NCBI GenBank assembly: GCA_016713675.1
Contig: JADJOS010000005.1
Coordinates: 144,018 to 208,017, forward strand
DNA length: 64,000 bases
Origin: Acidobacteriota bacterium
GTDB lineage: Bacteria > Acidobacteriota > Blastocatellia > Pyrinomonadales > Pyrinomonadaceae
Reading direction: 5' to 3'
Every line of letters starts with the position of its first letter. Position 1 is the stretch's first letter. A program made the position numbers and the translations under genes. The notes beneath the pieces are model-generated. The model did not search any database. It saw nothing but the letters and a program-made list of their open reading frames with translations, and had not been told where the DNA came from. Positions 11,482 through 21,374 of the stretch are shown here, one piece after another.

Positions 11482-12552
11482 ATGATAGAAATTTTTAAGA
11501 ACATCAATGTTGATTGGATGGGATGGCGCAAGCCGCTGATCTTTATCTCGATCATTGTCCTGCTCGCGGGACTATTTTCAGCAATTGGCCGCCAGCTAAC
11601 CCAGGGCGGGACTGATGCCTTTAATCTGGGTGTAGATTTTCAGGGCGGGACGGTCGTGACGGCCAAGTTTCGGCAAAAGCCCTCGACTGATGAGATTCGC
11701 TCAGCACTTCAGACCGCCGGAGTGTCCGAAGCTGTCATCCAGGATTCGACCGATAAGACGGACGAAGTGCTGATAAAGGTCCCGAATATTGGCGAGCGTA
11801 AAGACGTTTGTCCGGATGTTGAGGGCGAGGCCAGCCGATGTTTTGTTAAGAAAGGTCTTGACACGCTTGGTAAGGAGGCCGAAGGCGCCGCAACGCTTGC
11901 CGACGACACTGCGGCTGCATACAAGATCGTTGGAACTGACACAGTTGGGCCCGTGGCCAGCGAACAGCTTCGAAACCAGGCTGTGATTGCTACATTGCTC
12001 GGGCTTGTCGGTATCTTGTTGTTCATCGCATTCAGATATGACTGGACCTATGCTGCCGGAGCGGTCATAGCCGTTTTTCACGATGTCCTGATCACACTGG
12101 CGTTCTTCTCGGTCTTTCAATGGGAGATTAGTCTTACCGTTTTGGCTGCAATGTTGACGTTGGTTGGTTTCTCGGTAAATGACTCGATCGTTATTTTTGA
12201 CCGAATCCGAGAGAATATTACCTTGCACCGAGGAAAATCGATCTACCTGTTGACCAATGACTCGATCAATCAGACGATGTCGCGAACCATTGTTACCAAC
12301 GGTCTGGTCTTCTTGTCGGTCCTTGCACTCGTCCTGTTTGGGGGTGAAGTTCTCAGGGGATTCTCGTTGGCGTTGTTCGTTGGTTCGATCTCGGGAACAT
12401 ATTCGACGATTGCGATCGCCAGCCCGATAGCTATTTGGTGGCAGGGTAAACTTGGCGGAACAAAAGTCAAAGAGGTTCTGGTTCCGGAAATGGGCGAGAA
12501 ACTGGCGACGGCTTCACGCCGCAGCGTGACTCGAAGGCCCGTTACGAGATAG
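11482..12552 (+). CDS. secF: protein translocase subunit SecF
   Basis: It has the SecF N-terminal motif (NLGVDFQGGT) and the SecD/F TM module (GFSVNDSIVIFDRIREN). Confidence 0.95.
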   Translation: MIEIFKNINVDWMGWRKPLIFISIIVLLAGLFSAIGRQLTQGGTDAFNLGVDFQGGTVVTAKFRQKPSTDEIRSALQTAGVSEAVIQDSTDKTDEVLIKVPNIGERKDVCPDVEGEASRCFVKKGLDTLGKEAEGAATLADDTAAAYKIVGTDTVGPVASEQLRNQAVIATLLGLVGILLFIAFRYDWTYAAGAVIAVFHDVLITLAFFSVFQWEISLTVLAAMLTLVGFSVNDSIVIFDRIRENITLHRGKSIYLLTNDSINQTMSRTIVTNGLVFLSVLALVLFGGEVLRGFSLALFVGSISGTYSTIAIASPIAIWWQGKLGGTKVKEVLVPEMGEKLATASRRSVTRRPVTR

Positions 12553-12628
12553 AAGAATCCGGACCGGAAATTGGTGAGACCAAAACGTTAAAAAAAGTGC
12601 AAAACAGCTGAAATCAAGGCAATTATTC

Positions 12629-12657
12629 TTGACTTTCATTTTGTAAACTTTTAGACT
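12629..12657 (+). promoter_or_regulatory. candidate sigma-70-type promoter ahead of the tonB-exbBD cluster
   Basis: TTGACT (12629-12634), a 17-nt spacer, then TAGACT (12652-12657). It would leave a leader of about 280 nt before the tonB ATG. This is pattern match only. Confidence 0.3.
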
Positions 12658-12939
12658 TCTTTACGTTGCTGGTCAATTTAAGATCTATCTGCTTTTTTCC
12701 GTGTTCGATAAGGGAACGGAATTCGTGGAACTTTGTACGTTCGACCGGCGAGAATCCGAAAAGCCCGCATTGATCGAACGAAGAGAAGTAAAAGCGAAAT
12801 GAGCGACCAGGTCTCTCTGGCGTGAGCAGCAGTATCGTACTTGGTTGTTCGCGAAGGTTTTAGTATATATAAGCAATTTTAGGTTTCGTAACCCTTGACC
12901 TAATGTTTGGCACCGGTAAGCAGTAACGGAGGAATTATT

Positions 12940-13752
12940 ATGCTGGATCAATTAGTTGAATCTAAAAGCAATTCAAGGGAAAACGCACGTAAGAGCCAGT
13001 TCTTTCTGGCGATTGGTGTTTTGGCGGTCATCACACTGCTTAGCAGCTGGACGTACAGCCTTTTTGGTAAGGATTACGCGATGGGTGGCGGCGATCTAGA
13101 ATTAACATCGCTGGTAGCCCCGCCGCCGCCGGACGAAGAGCCGCCGCCCAAACCGGAAAAGGAGCCTGAAAAGCAAAAGCAGCCTGACGTGGACGTCCGC
13201 AAGGAGCTGATCGCAAACATCAATCAAACGCCGCCAAAGGTTCCGGATAAGGTTGAAACGGCGAATACAAAATTTGTTGCAATGCGTGAGAACGTGAAGA
13301 CGGTTCAGGGCGACAGCAACGTGACGAACCCGGATGCTGTCGCGCGACGAGGCGAGGGAGCTGTCGTTGGGCAGCCTACGCTTGGCGGCGGAGGTAATGA
13401 CGCCGATTTTGACAACGATGACCCCGTTTCTAAACCGCCCGATGTCAAACCGCCGACACCTAAGCCGGCTCCGAAAACCGTTTCGGGCGGCGTATTGAAC
13501 GGTAAGGCAACGAGTTTGCCAAAGCCGGCTTATCCGGCTGCAGCAAAAGCGGTTCGAGCGTCTGGAGCGGTGAGCGTACAGGTCCTGATCAGTGAAACCG
13601 GCAGCGTGATCTCGGCCTCGGCCGTTAGCGGTCATCCGCTGCTGAGGGCCGCGGCAGCCAGCGCAGCTCGAGGGGCACGCTTTAGTCCGACATTATTGTC
13701 GGGACAGCCCGTCAAGGTTTCGGGCGTTATCACTTACAATTTCGTTCCATAA
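12940..13752 (+). CDS. tonB: energy transducer TonB
   Basis: The ATG at 12940 is preceded by ggagg at a 7-nt spacing. It has an N-terminal TM anchor, a Pro/Glu/Lys-rich spacer (PPPPDEEPPPKPEKEPEKQKQP) and a TonB C-terminal domain (LPKPAYPAAAKAVRASGAVSVQVLI...). Confidence 0.85.
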   Translation: MLDQLVESKSNSRENARKSQFFLAIGVLAVITLLSSWTYSLFGKDYAMGGGDLELTSLVAPPPPDEEPPPKPEKEPEKQKQPDVDVRKELIANINQTPPKVPDKVETANTKFVAMRENVKTVQGDSNVTNPDAVARRGEGAVVGQPTLGGGGNDADFDNDDPVSKPPDVKPPTPKPAPKTVSGGVLNGKATSLPKPAYPAAAKAVRASGAVSVQVLISETGSVISASAVSGHPLLRAAAASAARGARFSPTLLSGQPVKVSGVITYNFVP

Positions 13753-13768
13753 GCGGACGACCTTAACG

Positions 13769-13795
13769 GAAGGGAACGGTTGAGCCGTTCCCTTC
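13769..13795 (+). terminator. perfect 11-bp hairpin after tonB (no U-tract)
   Basis: gaagggaacgg (13769-13779) pairs with ccgttcccttc (13785-13795). The downstream sequence is not T-rich, so it may be an attenuator or stabiliser rather than a full terminator. Confidence 0.4.
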
Positions 13796-13852
13796 GATAA
13801 AAAGTTTACGCAATTATCAGATTAAGTTTTCGATTTCTTTGGAGGAAAAATC

Positions 13853-14602
13853 ATGACATTTCTTGGCAGCCTGGTCGCATCAGACATCTCGGGCTTGTTT
13901 CTAATGCTTACCGGCGAGGGCGTTTCGTTCGGTATTTACGATATCGCAAAGAGCCTTACAATTCCCGGCTGGGGCGTTATCATCACTCTGCTGTTTCAGT
14001 CGGTCTACATGATCGCGGTCGGTATCGAACGCTGGCTTACATACAGCAAAGCGAAGGCTCAATCCCGTCAGTATGCACCTAAAGTCGCACAGGCACTTAA
14101 GAACAGCAACATTGACGAGGCCATCAACATCGGCGACAAGCACAAAGATTCACATCTCGCGATGGTCGTTTCGTCGGGTTTGAAAGAATTCGCTGCTCAT
14201 CAGGGCAACACGGATATTTCGGCTGATGAAATGGAAGCTTCGAAGCGTGCTCTTGAGCGAGCGATCGCTGTTAAGACCGCCGAACTCAAACGCGGCCTCT
14301 CGGGACTCGCAACTGTCGGTTCGACCGCTCCGTTCGTCGGACTGTTCGGTACGGTCGTCGGTATCATCGGTGCTTTCCAGGCTCTTAAAACCAACGAATC
14401 AGCCGGTATCGGTGCGGTTGGTGGTGCTATCGCCGAAGCTCTCGTCGCTACCGCTTTTGGTATCCTCGTGGCAATTCCGGCCGTTTGGCTCTTCAACTAC
14501 TTCACAAGCAAGGTAACGAGCTTTGGTGTGGAAATGGAGAACTCGGCTTCGGAACTGGTTGACTACTTTATTAAACAGCGTGCAAAGTCACTACGCGGCT
14601 AA
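13853..14602 (+). CDS. exbB: MotA/TolQ/ExbB proton-channel protein
   Basis: It has three TM segments and the conserved LATVGSTAPFVGLFGTVVGI...AIAEAL.ATAFG motif. Confidence 0.9.
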   Translation: MTFLGSLVASDISGLFLMLTGEGVSFGIYDIAKSLTIPGWGVIITLLFQSVYMIAVGIERWLTYSKAKAQSRQYAPKVAQALKNSNIDEAINIGDKHKDSHLAMVVSSGLKEFAAHQGNTDISADEMEASKRALERAIAVKTAELKRGLSGLATVGSTAPFVGLFGTVVGIIGAFQALKTNESAGIGAVGGAIAEALVATAFGILVAIPAVWLFNYFTSKVTSFGVEMENSASELVDYFIKQRAKSLRG

Positions 14603-14644
14603 TTGCTTCGTAGTGATCTTTGACAGTTCAGGAGATTTACTGCC

Positions 14645-15088
14645 ATGGGTGCACAAATAGGTGGATCATCCGAATACAATTCGGATATTAACGTTACTCC
14701 GATGGTTGACGTGATGTTGGTGCTGCTGATCATTTTCATGATCGTGACACCGCTGCTCCAACAGGGAGTTTCAGTCAACCTTCCGCGTGACATGATCAGC
14801 CCCGATGAAGATGCGGATATTGCCAAAGATACATCAGTGATCGTCGCGATCCCTGATAACAGCAATTTCTACATCGGTAAGGAAATTTATCCTCTCGATC
14901 AACTCGGTGAAGTGATCAAACGGCGTATGGAAGGAAAAACGCCTGAAAAACGGATCGTTTACATCAAGAGCGGTATCGAGGTCGAATACGGTCAGGTCGT
15001 CAAGGCGATAGATACTATTCGTAAGCAGGATATTGATAAGATCGGGCTGGTCGCTGACAAGAAAAAGGGCGGCGAAGCGCCGAAATAG
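14645..15088 (+). CDS. exbD: biopolymer transport protein ExbD/TolR
   Basis: INVTPMVDVMLVLLIIFM N-terminal TM motif and a periplasmic ExbD fold. Confidence 0.9.
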   Translation: MGAQIGGSSEYNSDINVTPMVDVMLVLLIIFMIVTPLLQQGVSVNLPRDMISPDEDADIAKDTSVIVAIPDNSNFYIGKEIYPLDQLGEVIKRRMEGKTPEKRIVYIKSGIEVEYGQVVKAIDTIRKQDIDKIGLVADKKKGGEAPK

Positions 15089-15130
15089 GCTGTTGTGTTG
15101 TTTTAGCAGCGACTTAGGAAGGATACAGAT

Positions 15131-15607
15131 ATGGGAATGTCAACAGGCGGCGTTGGCGGCGATGCCAAGCCGACCATCAATGTTACACCGTTGATCGATG
15201 TGCTTCTCGTGCTCATCATCATCTTTATGGTCATCACGCCTCTCAAGCCGAGCCGGTTTGAGGCAAAGGTTCCGGCTGAGCCGAAGAATGAGCCGCAGGT
15301 AAACGTTAAGCCCAATCCGCTAACGCTTGTCGTGTCGATCAGTCGTGAAGATAAGAAGATATTGCTCAATAATGAGCCTTTCGGTGATGTTACGGATACG
15401 GAAAAATTATCCGAACGTCTTCGTTCTATCTTTAAGGAACGCGAAACCAACGGTGTGTTGCGGGAAGGAACCAATGAGGTCGAAAAGACATTGTTCATCA
15501 AATCGCCCAAGACCGTTCGTTATGGTGATGTTGTCAAGGTGATCGATGCGGTCAAATCAGTCGGTGCTTCGCCGATCGGTTTGCAGATCGACGATTTAAC
15601 AGATTAA
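15131..15607 (+). CDS. exbD: biopolymer transport protein ExbD/TolR (second paralog)
   Basis: INVTPLIDVLLVLIIIFM motif; tandem with the first exbD. Confidence 0.9.
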   Translation: MGMSTGGVGGDAKPTINVTPLIDVLLVLIIIFMVITPLKPSRFEAKVPAEPKNEPQVNVKPNPLTLVVSISREDKKILLNNEPFGDVTDTEKLSERLRSIFKERETNGVLREGTNEVEKTLFIKSPKTVRYGDVVKVIDAVKSVGASPIGLQIDDLTD

Positions 15608-15683
15608 ATTTGCCCGGCCGGTGTCGCACATCAGCAGAAATTCTCGACGTGCACCCGTAAGGGTTGGTGAATGGAGTCAAATA

Positions 15684-16619
15684 ATGAGATTGTCTCGTTT
15701 TTGGATATTAGCTTTAATATCTGCTGCAGTTTTATTGGGAACTAACTGCTCCTATTATAATAAGGTCATGGCTCGTAAGAACCTGGTCGATGGTTCCAAG
15801 GCTTACAAGGACAGAAAGTTCCCGGAAGCTGAGAGGCTTTTCCGCTATGCCGCGTCACTTGATCCAAATGGCGACACGGTTGAAGGCAGGACCGCACAGT
15901 TGTCCTTGGCACGCACACTTCACTCGATGTTCATCGGCGATCGCCAGAACAAGGCAAAGGCGGAAGAGGCACTGGCCGAGTATAATAAGAGCCTTCCGCA
16001 GTCGCTGAAAGATCTGAAAGAAGTTACGGCGGTATACGAGAAGAACAAGGCAGACGTTGATTCCCAACGTAAGTACTTTAATACACTTTCGGCACTCAAC
16101 AGTACGACAAGTGCAATCGCAAGTCTTTACGAGAACCTGACACAGCCCGAAAAAGCACGCGAATGGCAGGTGCAGGTTGCTAACAATGCCGAGATGCCGG
16201 CGACTGCACGAGCACGAGCCTTGAGTTCGCTTGCGTCAAAGGCTAACTCATGTGCCAACGAGATTTCGGATACTGAAGCGACGAAGAAGACCGTTCAAAA
16301 GGACGGAAAGGACGTCTTTCAATTCACAAAACCTGCGAACGCGGACGATTTCGCCAAGCTGAAACAATGCGTTGACGAAGGCACTAAGTTGATCGATCAA
16401 GCCGTTGCTCTTGAACCGGATGAGGTAAAGAACGCCGCCACGTTTGATATTACCGGGGCTTCTGATCCTCAGCTGCAGCTGAACAGTGAGATCATGAAGG
16501 TTTTTGAATCGACCCGTTCTTATAAAGCGAGTCTTACTATTCAGGCGATGAGGATCGCTGAAATGGATGGTAATAACGCCGAACGTGACAGACTCAAAGC
16601 CGAGGGCGATGCTCTTTAA
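15684..16619 (+). CDS. TPR-like helical protein with signal/anchor sequence, last gene of the TonB-ExbBD cluster
   Basis: The ATG at 15684 gives MRLSRFWILALISAAVLLGTNC. The protein has helical repeat content (YKDRKFPEAERLFRYAASLDP). A coding-like frame continues after the stop (see findings). Confidence 0.6.
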   Translation: MRLSRFWILALISAAVLLGTNCSYYNKVMARKNLVDGSKAYKDRKFPEAERLFRYAASLDPNGDTVEGRTAQLSLARTLHSMFIGDRQNKAKAEEALAEYNKSLPQSLKDLKEVTAVYEKNKADVDSQRKYFNTLSALNSTTSAIASLYENLTQPEKAREWQVQVANNAEMPATARARALSSLASKANSCANEISDTEATKKTVQKDGKDVFQFTKPANADDFAKLKQCVDEGTKLIDQAVALEPDEVKNAATFDITGASDPQLQLNSEIMKVFESTRSYKASLTIQAMRIAEMDGNNAERDRLKAEGDAL

Positions 16620-16783
16620 GGCGAAATTCACTCCAATTGAGTGATGTCGTTAAGAAGCTCCAAGCCGAGATCGAAGCTCGCATTGCTGCTAAGGAAGAGG
16701 CCGAAAAGACCGAAGCTCAGAAGCAGGCAGACGCCAGCAAGAACACTAATAAATAATGTAGGCAAATTTTTCTTTCCAACTCT

Positions 16784-16825
16784 GGCGGTGCTCAATTACA
16801 ATTTATTGAGCATCGCCATTTTTCT
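16784..16825 (+). terminator. rho-independent terminator
   Basis: ggcggtgctcaat (16784-16796) pairs with attgagcatcgcc (16805-16817) with one G-U pair, followed by atttttct. Confidence 0.7.
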
Positions 16826-16884
16826 ATCGGATGGATGAAACGGTGACAAGGTGCCGCTATTGATACTGTGGCCTTATCAAACAG

Positions 16885-19089
16885 ATGATCAGGATCGAGG
16901 ATGTAATTGAGAAAGTGAATGCCAATCGGCCGAATGCCGATGTGGATCTCATTCGCCGAGCATACCTCTTTTCCGCCCTTCATCATCGGGGGCAAACGCG
17001 TGCATCCGGCGAACCTTATCTCGTTCATCCTATCGAGGTTGCCGAGATCCTCGCAGATATGCGGCTGGATGAGGTTAGTGTTTCGACCGGCCTTTTGCAC
17101 GACGTCGTCGAGGATACACTCGTCGATCTCGACACGATCCGCTCGTACTTTGGCGACGAGATCACACTGCTTGTCGACGGCCTGACTAAGATCGCTCACA
17201 TCAGTAATCTTTCAAAAGAAAAACAGCAGGCGGAGAATGTCCGCAAGATGGTCCTCGCAATGATCACCGACGTACGCGTCGTGTTGATCAAACTTGCGGA
17301 TCGTTTGCACAACATGCGGACGATGCAATTTCTCAAACCCGAGAAACGAGCACGTATCTCGCAGGAAACCCTCGACATTTACGCACCGATCGCGCATCGG
17401 CTCGGTATGGGTAAAATGCGAAGCGAACTCGAGGACCTGTCGTTTCAGAATCTATATCCCGACGATTATAAGCGGCTCGCAAAAGAGGTCGATGCCCGGC
17501 GGCCGGAATTGGAGGCGGCTCTCGATAAGATCAAGGAAAGGATAGCGATCCAACTTACTGAGCACGAGGTTCCATATGTAGCCATAGAGGGTCGTGTTAA
17601 GCGTCTTTATTCCCTCTGGAAAAAGCTCAAGAAGCAAAAGATCATGATCGAGCAGGTCTACGATCTGATCGCTGCCCGCATCATCACTCCGAATGACCGG
17701 AAATACTGTTATCTGACGCTTAGCGTCATACACGACATCTGGACGCCTGTTCCCGAGCGATTCAAGGACTGGATAGCAATACCACGCGATAACCTCTATC
17801 AGTCGCTCCATACGTCCGTGATCGATAAGGGTGGCCAGGCCTTTGAGGTGCAGATCCGTACCGAAGAGATGCATCAGGTCGCCGAGGAAGGTGTTGCGGC
17901 ACACTGGAAGTACAAGGAAAGCTCGCTTGGGGCCCACGAAGACGATAATAGTCTTGACGAATTGCGTGCAACGGTCGAAAAGCTGCTCTTGCCGCTCGTC
18001 GAGTCTAGCGACCAGACCGGCGACAGTGAGGATTTCATTGAATCTCTGAAGTTAGACCTGTTTCCAAAGGACGTCTATGCGTTTACGCCGATGGGTAAGG
18101 TGATCCAGTTGCCGCGCGGATCGACACCGATCGATTTTGCTTACGCCATACACTCCGTCGTGGGTGATACCTGTACCGGTGCAAAGATAAACGGCCGAAT
18201 CGTGCCACTCCGTCACGAGATCCAGAATGGCGACGTGATCGAGATCCTTACCACGCAAAATTCAAAGCCGTCGCGTGACTGGCTCAACCATGTCATCACG
18301 TCCAAGGCCCGAAACCGTATCCGCCATTGGATATCGCTCCAGCAGCGTGAGGAATCGGTCGAAATGGGCCGGAAACTCCTCGAACGAGAGGCTGAAAAAT
18401 TTCGCGTCACGCCTAAAAAACTACTTAATAACGATCCGGAAATGAAGCGGATAGCCAATGAATACGGCCTCGGCCGAGGCGATGATCTGCTTGCTTCGAT
18501 CGGTTATGGCAAGACTTTGCCGCGAAATGTTCTCGCGAAATATCTTGGCGATAAATTTGACGAACTTGATCCCGAAAAGAAAAAGGAAACCCGAATTGGG
18601 ACCGGAATGAAGGCCGTTCGCAAATTCATCGGATTAGGCGAAGATGCAATTGTCGTCCGCGGTGTCGACAATTTGCTGACGACGCGGGCCCGTTGCTGCA
18701 ATCCGCTAAGGGGCGAAGATATCATCGGATACATTTCGCTGGGAAAGGGAATCGTAGTTCACAACAAACGCTGCAAGAATGTCAATCAGCTAATGGTTAA
18801 CCGCGACCGTATCGTGGAGGTCGAGTGGGCCAAGAGCGACGAGAAACAGGTCCAATCTGTGCAGTTGCTGGCTACTACCGAGAACCGAACCGGTATGCTC
18901 GCCGGCATCACAAATGCGATTGCCGACATCAAAACAGGTATTCGAGATGCCCGTGCAAATGTCTCAAAGGACGATATAGGTTTGATCGAGGTGACGGTCG
19001 AAGTTTTCGACAAGAAACACCTCGACAAGGTCGTCGGAGCGATCGAACACGTCCCGGGCGTGATCGCGGTAGAACGTGTAAATGCATAG
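16885..19089 (+). CDS. rel: bifunctional (p)ppGpp synthetase/hydrolase (RelA/SpoT homolog)
   Basis: It has the HD hydrolase motif (HRGQTRASGEPYLVHPIEVA...HD), the synthetase domain (YQSLHTSV, EVQIRT), a TGS domain (VYAFTPMGKVIQLPRGSTPIDFAY) and a C-terminal ACT domain. Confidence 0.95.
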   Translation: MIRIEDVIEKVNANRPNADVDLIRRAYLFSALHHRGQTRASGEPYLVHPIEVAEILADMRLDEVSVSTGLLHDVVEDTLVDLDTIRSYFGDEITLLVDGLTKIAHISNLSKEKQQAENVRKMVLAMITDVRVVLIKLADRLHNMRTMQFLKPEKRARISQETLDIYAPIAHRLGMGKMRSELEDLSFQNLYPDDYKRLAKEVDARRPELEAALDKIKERIAIQLTEHEVPYVAIEGRVKRLYSLWKKLKKQKIMIEQVYDLIAARIITPNDRKYCYLTLSVIHDIWTPVPERFKDWIAIPRDNLYQSLHTSVIDKGGQAFEVQIRTEEMHQVAEEGVAAHWKYKESSLGAHEDDNSLDELRATVEKLLLPLVESSDQTGDSEDFIESLKLDLFPKDVYAFTPMGKVIQLPRGSTPIDFAYAIHSVVGDTCTGAKINGRIVPLRHEIQNGDVIEILTTQNSKPSRDWLNHVITSKARNRIRHWISLQQREESVEMGRKLLEREAEKFRVTPKKLLNNDPEMKRIANEYGLGRGDDLLASIGYGKTLPRNVLAKYLGDKFDELDPEKKKETRIGTGMKAVRKFIGLGEDAIVVRGVDNLLTTRARCCNPLRGEDIIGYISLGKGIVVHNKRCKNVNQLMVNRDRIVEVEWAKSDEKQVQSVQLLATTENRTGMLAGITNAIADIKTGIRDARANVSKDDIGLIEVTVEVFDKKHLDKVVGAIEHVPGVIAVERVNA

Positions 19090-19268
19090 GGTGAAGATAA
19101 GTTGGGAAATGTACAAAATATCGCCAAACAAAGCGTTTATTTTCGCGTTCTTTTGAGTATTGTGGGTTTCGAATAGTATCTTATTTCTTTCGTCCGCTTT
19201 TCTTTCCTCCCTTAATTTGCTACAATTCGCGTTTTGCTTGAGTATTCAAGTCGCAGTTTATTGGTGCT

Positions 19269-19646
19269 ATGAAAGAGATCATTTCGACAGAAAAAGCCCC
19301 CGGAGCGATCGGCCCTTATTCGCAGGCAATCAAGGCAGGAGGCATGGTCTTTTGCTCGGGCCAGATACCTATCGATCCGGCTACAGGAAATTTTGTATCG
19401 GAAATTGTGGCTGAGCAGACCGAGCAGGTTTTGAAGAATCTGAACGAAGTGCTCGCCGCTGCTGGAGCGAGCTTGAACGATGTGGTCAAGACGACGGTCT
19501 TTCTCGCCGATATGAATGATTTTGCAGAGATGAACGAAGTTTACGGCAGGTTTTTCAGTGAGAATAAGCCTGCGAGGGCAACGGTTCAAGCAGCTCGTCT
19601 GCCGCGAGATGCCAAGGTTGAGATCGAGTGCGTGGCTGTTGTTTAG
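19269..19646 (+). CDS. ridA: RidA/YjgF-family enamine/imine deaminase
   Basis: It shows [11 protein letters not shown]...GQIP...VKTTVFL.DM.DF..MN.VY..FF....PAR..V.. and is 125 aa long. Confidence 0.9.
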   Translation: MKEIISTEKAPGAIGPYSQAIKAGGMVFCSGQIPIDPATGNFVSEIVAEQTEQVLKNLNEVLAAAGASLNDVVKTTVFLADMNDFAEMNEVYGRFFSENKPARATVQAARLPRDAKVEIECVAVV

Positions 19647-19687
19647 GATACAAGCTTTGTTTTGTACGACTGAGCATTTGCGTAACA

Positions 19688-19725
19688 CAAAAAAACCAAA
19701 CGCTTGAATTGCTTCAAGCGTTTGG
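19688..19725 (-). terminator. rho-independent terminator of rpmB
   Basis: ccaaacgcttgaa (19696-19708) pairs with ttcaagcgtttgg (19713-19725). The A7 run at 19689-19695 gives a U-tract on the minus-strand transcript. Confidence 0.7.
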
Positions 19726-19758
19726 CAACCAAAGGTGAGACTCATGTCTCAAATGATA

Positions 19759-19953
19759 TTACGCAGCCTTAACGATCTTCCCAGATTTGATACATCGGGT
19801 ACAAACCTTAGCACGTCCGTTTCCGCCGGCCGGAAGCGAGACGCGAACCGATTGAAGATTCGGATTAAAGCGTCGTCGGGTCTTGTTATTAGCGTGTGAT
19901 ACGTTATTTCCAAATTGTGGGCCTTTCCCACATACGTCGCAGCGTTTTGCCAT
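19759..19953 (-). CDS. rpmB: 50S ribosomal protein L28
   Basis: The protein reads [34 protein letters not shown] and is 64 aa long. Confidence 0.95.
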   Translation of the reverse strand: MAKRCDVCGKGPQFGNNVSHANNKTRRRFNPNLQSVRVSLPAGGNGRAKVCTRCIKSGKIVKAA

Positions 19954-20047
19954 ATTATTATTGCCTCCTATTACTGAGGTATTAAGAAGAGTTATTCAAA
20001 ACTCAAAAGTAGAGTTTATAGCAAATTAGAGTAGGTTAAGTCAAGTT

Positions 20048-21295
20048 ATGATACAGATCGATAGGAAAGAGGGAGTGAGAGCCATAGTGCAAAATAACAC
20101 AAAACGAATTTTGACCGTCGCCGTAATATCGGTTTTTACAGCGATGTTTGCCGCTTGCGGTGCCGGAGGCCCGGGTACGGGTGCCTCGAATGAAACAGCC
20201 GCGAACGTAAATGGTAAGGTCATCAAGATGGAAGAGGTCGACCGAGCGGTCAAACAACAGGCTCAGGGACAGGAAGCAAAAATGTCACCGCTTGAACTTG
20301 CCGGTGCCCGCCTCCAGGTTCTACAGTCGCTCATTGAACAGGAAGTGATGTTCCAAAAGGCGGAGAAGGAGAATCTTGTGCCGACGGAAGAAGAGATCAC
20401 TGCTGAGGTGAACAAGCAAAAGCAGGACAGCCGTGTTTCCGCCGAAGAATTTGATAAGCAGATGAAAGACGCAGGCTTTAGCGAGGCTGCACTTCGCGAC
20501 ACAACGAAACGAGGCCTCGCAATCAAAAAGCTCGTTGACAAGATCACGGCCCGCATCGAAGCACCGAAAGACAAGGAGATCACCGATCTCTACTCGGCAA
20601 ATCCTGAATCGTTCGTGAAGAAGCGCGGCGTAAAGCTTGCTGCTATTGTTATTGATCCGACGAACAACGGTCAGGGCGATGTTACGACAAATGACGCCGA
20701 AGCGAACGTCCGCATCAAGGAACTTCTTACCAAACTCTCGCAGCCGGCCAGCGATTTTGCTGCTTTGGCTCGTGAGTATAGCGAAGACCCGAGCAAATTG
20801 CAGGGCGGCGATCTTGGATATCTTAGCGAAGACGAATTGAAGCAGAATTTTGGTGCACAGAATGCTGCGGGATTCATGAATCCACAGTTTAGCGTTGGAG
20901 GCGTTACGAATGTGATACCTCTCAACGGAAAGGGCTATATTTTCAAGCTGCAGGAACGGATCGAAAAGGAAGAAGCGTTGACTCTCGAGAGCCCGGGCGT
21001 TCGTCAGCAGATCATCGATCTATTGACAAACAACCGTAAGCAGCTGCTTGCCGCATCGTATCAAGCGCTTGCCCTGAACGAAGCGAAAATCGAAAATTTG
21101 CTTGCTAAGAAAGTGGTCGAGAACCCGAATGAGCTCAGCGGAGCACGTCCTGCCGGTTCAGCTGCGGCGACCCCGGCGGCTCCTGCCGCTGCGACACCTG
21201 CGGCACCGGCCGCGGCTACACCGGTCAAACCGGCGGCGGCGACACCTGCGAAGACCGAAGCTAAACCGGAAGCCAAGAAACAGGCGACCAAATAG
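20048..21295 (+). CDS. parvulin-type peptidyl-prolyl isomerase lipoprotein (SurA/PrsA-like) with an Ala/Pro-rich C-terminal repeat
   Basis: It has the lipobox FAAC, a SurA-like N-terminal helical part and a rotamase motif (EDPSKLQGGDLGYLSEDEL). The tail reads AATPAAPAAATPAAPAAATPVKPAAATPAK. Confidence 0.8.
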   Translation: MIQIDRKEGVRAIVQNNTKRILTVAVISVFTAMFAACGAGGPGTGASNETAANVNGKVIKMEEVDRAVKQQAQGQEAKMSPLELAGARLQVLQSLIEQEVMFQKAEKENLVPTEEEITAEVNKQKQDSRVSAEEFDKQMKDAGFSEAALRDTTKRGLAIKKLVDKITARIEAPKDKEITDLYSANPESFVKKRGVKLAAIVIDPTNNGQGDVTTNDAEANVRIKELLTKLSQPASDFAALAREYSEDPSKLQGGDLGYLSEDELKQNFGAQNAAGFMNPQFSVGGVTNVIPLNGKGYIFKLQERIEKEEALTLESPGVRQQIIDLLTNNRKQLLAASYQALALNEAKIENLLAKKVVENPNELSGARPAGSAAATPAAPAAATPAAPAAATPVKPAAATPAKTEAKPEAKKQATK

Positions 21296-21328
21296 CCACA
21301 AGGATCGCGTTTTTATCAATTCAAGGTG

Positions 21329-21363
21329 AAAGGCAAATTTCATTTTTTGCCTTTTGCCTTTTT
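21329..21363 (+). terminator. hairpin plus T-rich tract after the PPIase gene
   Basis: aaaggcaaa (21329-21337) pairs with tttgccttt (21346-21354), followed by a T-rich tract. It lies just upstream of the ABC-F ATG at 21375. Confidence 0.5.
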
Positions 21364-21374
21364 GCTTAAGTGAC

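Noticed and set aside
16641-16838. A 65-aa ORF downstream of the TPR-like gene.
   Set aside because: It is basic, low-complexity and reads straight through the terminator hairpin. The neighbouring frame (16637-16759) looks far more like coding sequence and is reported as a finding instead.
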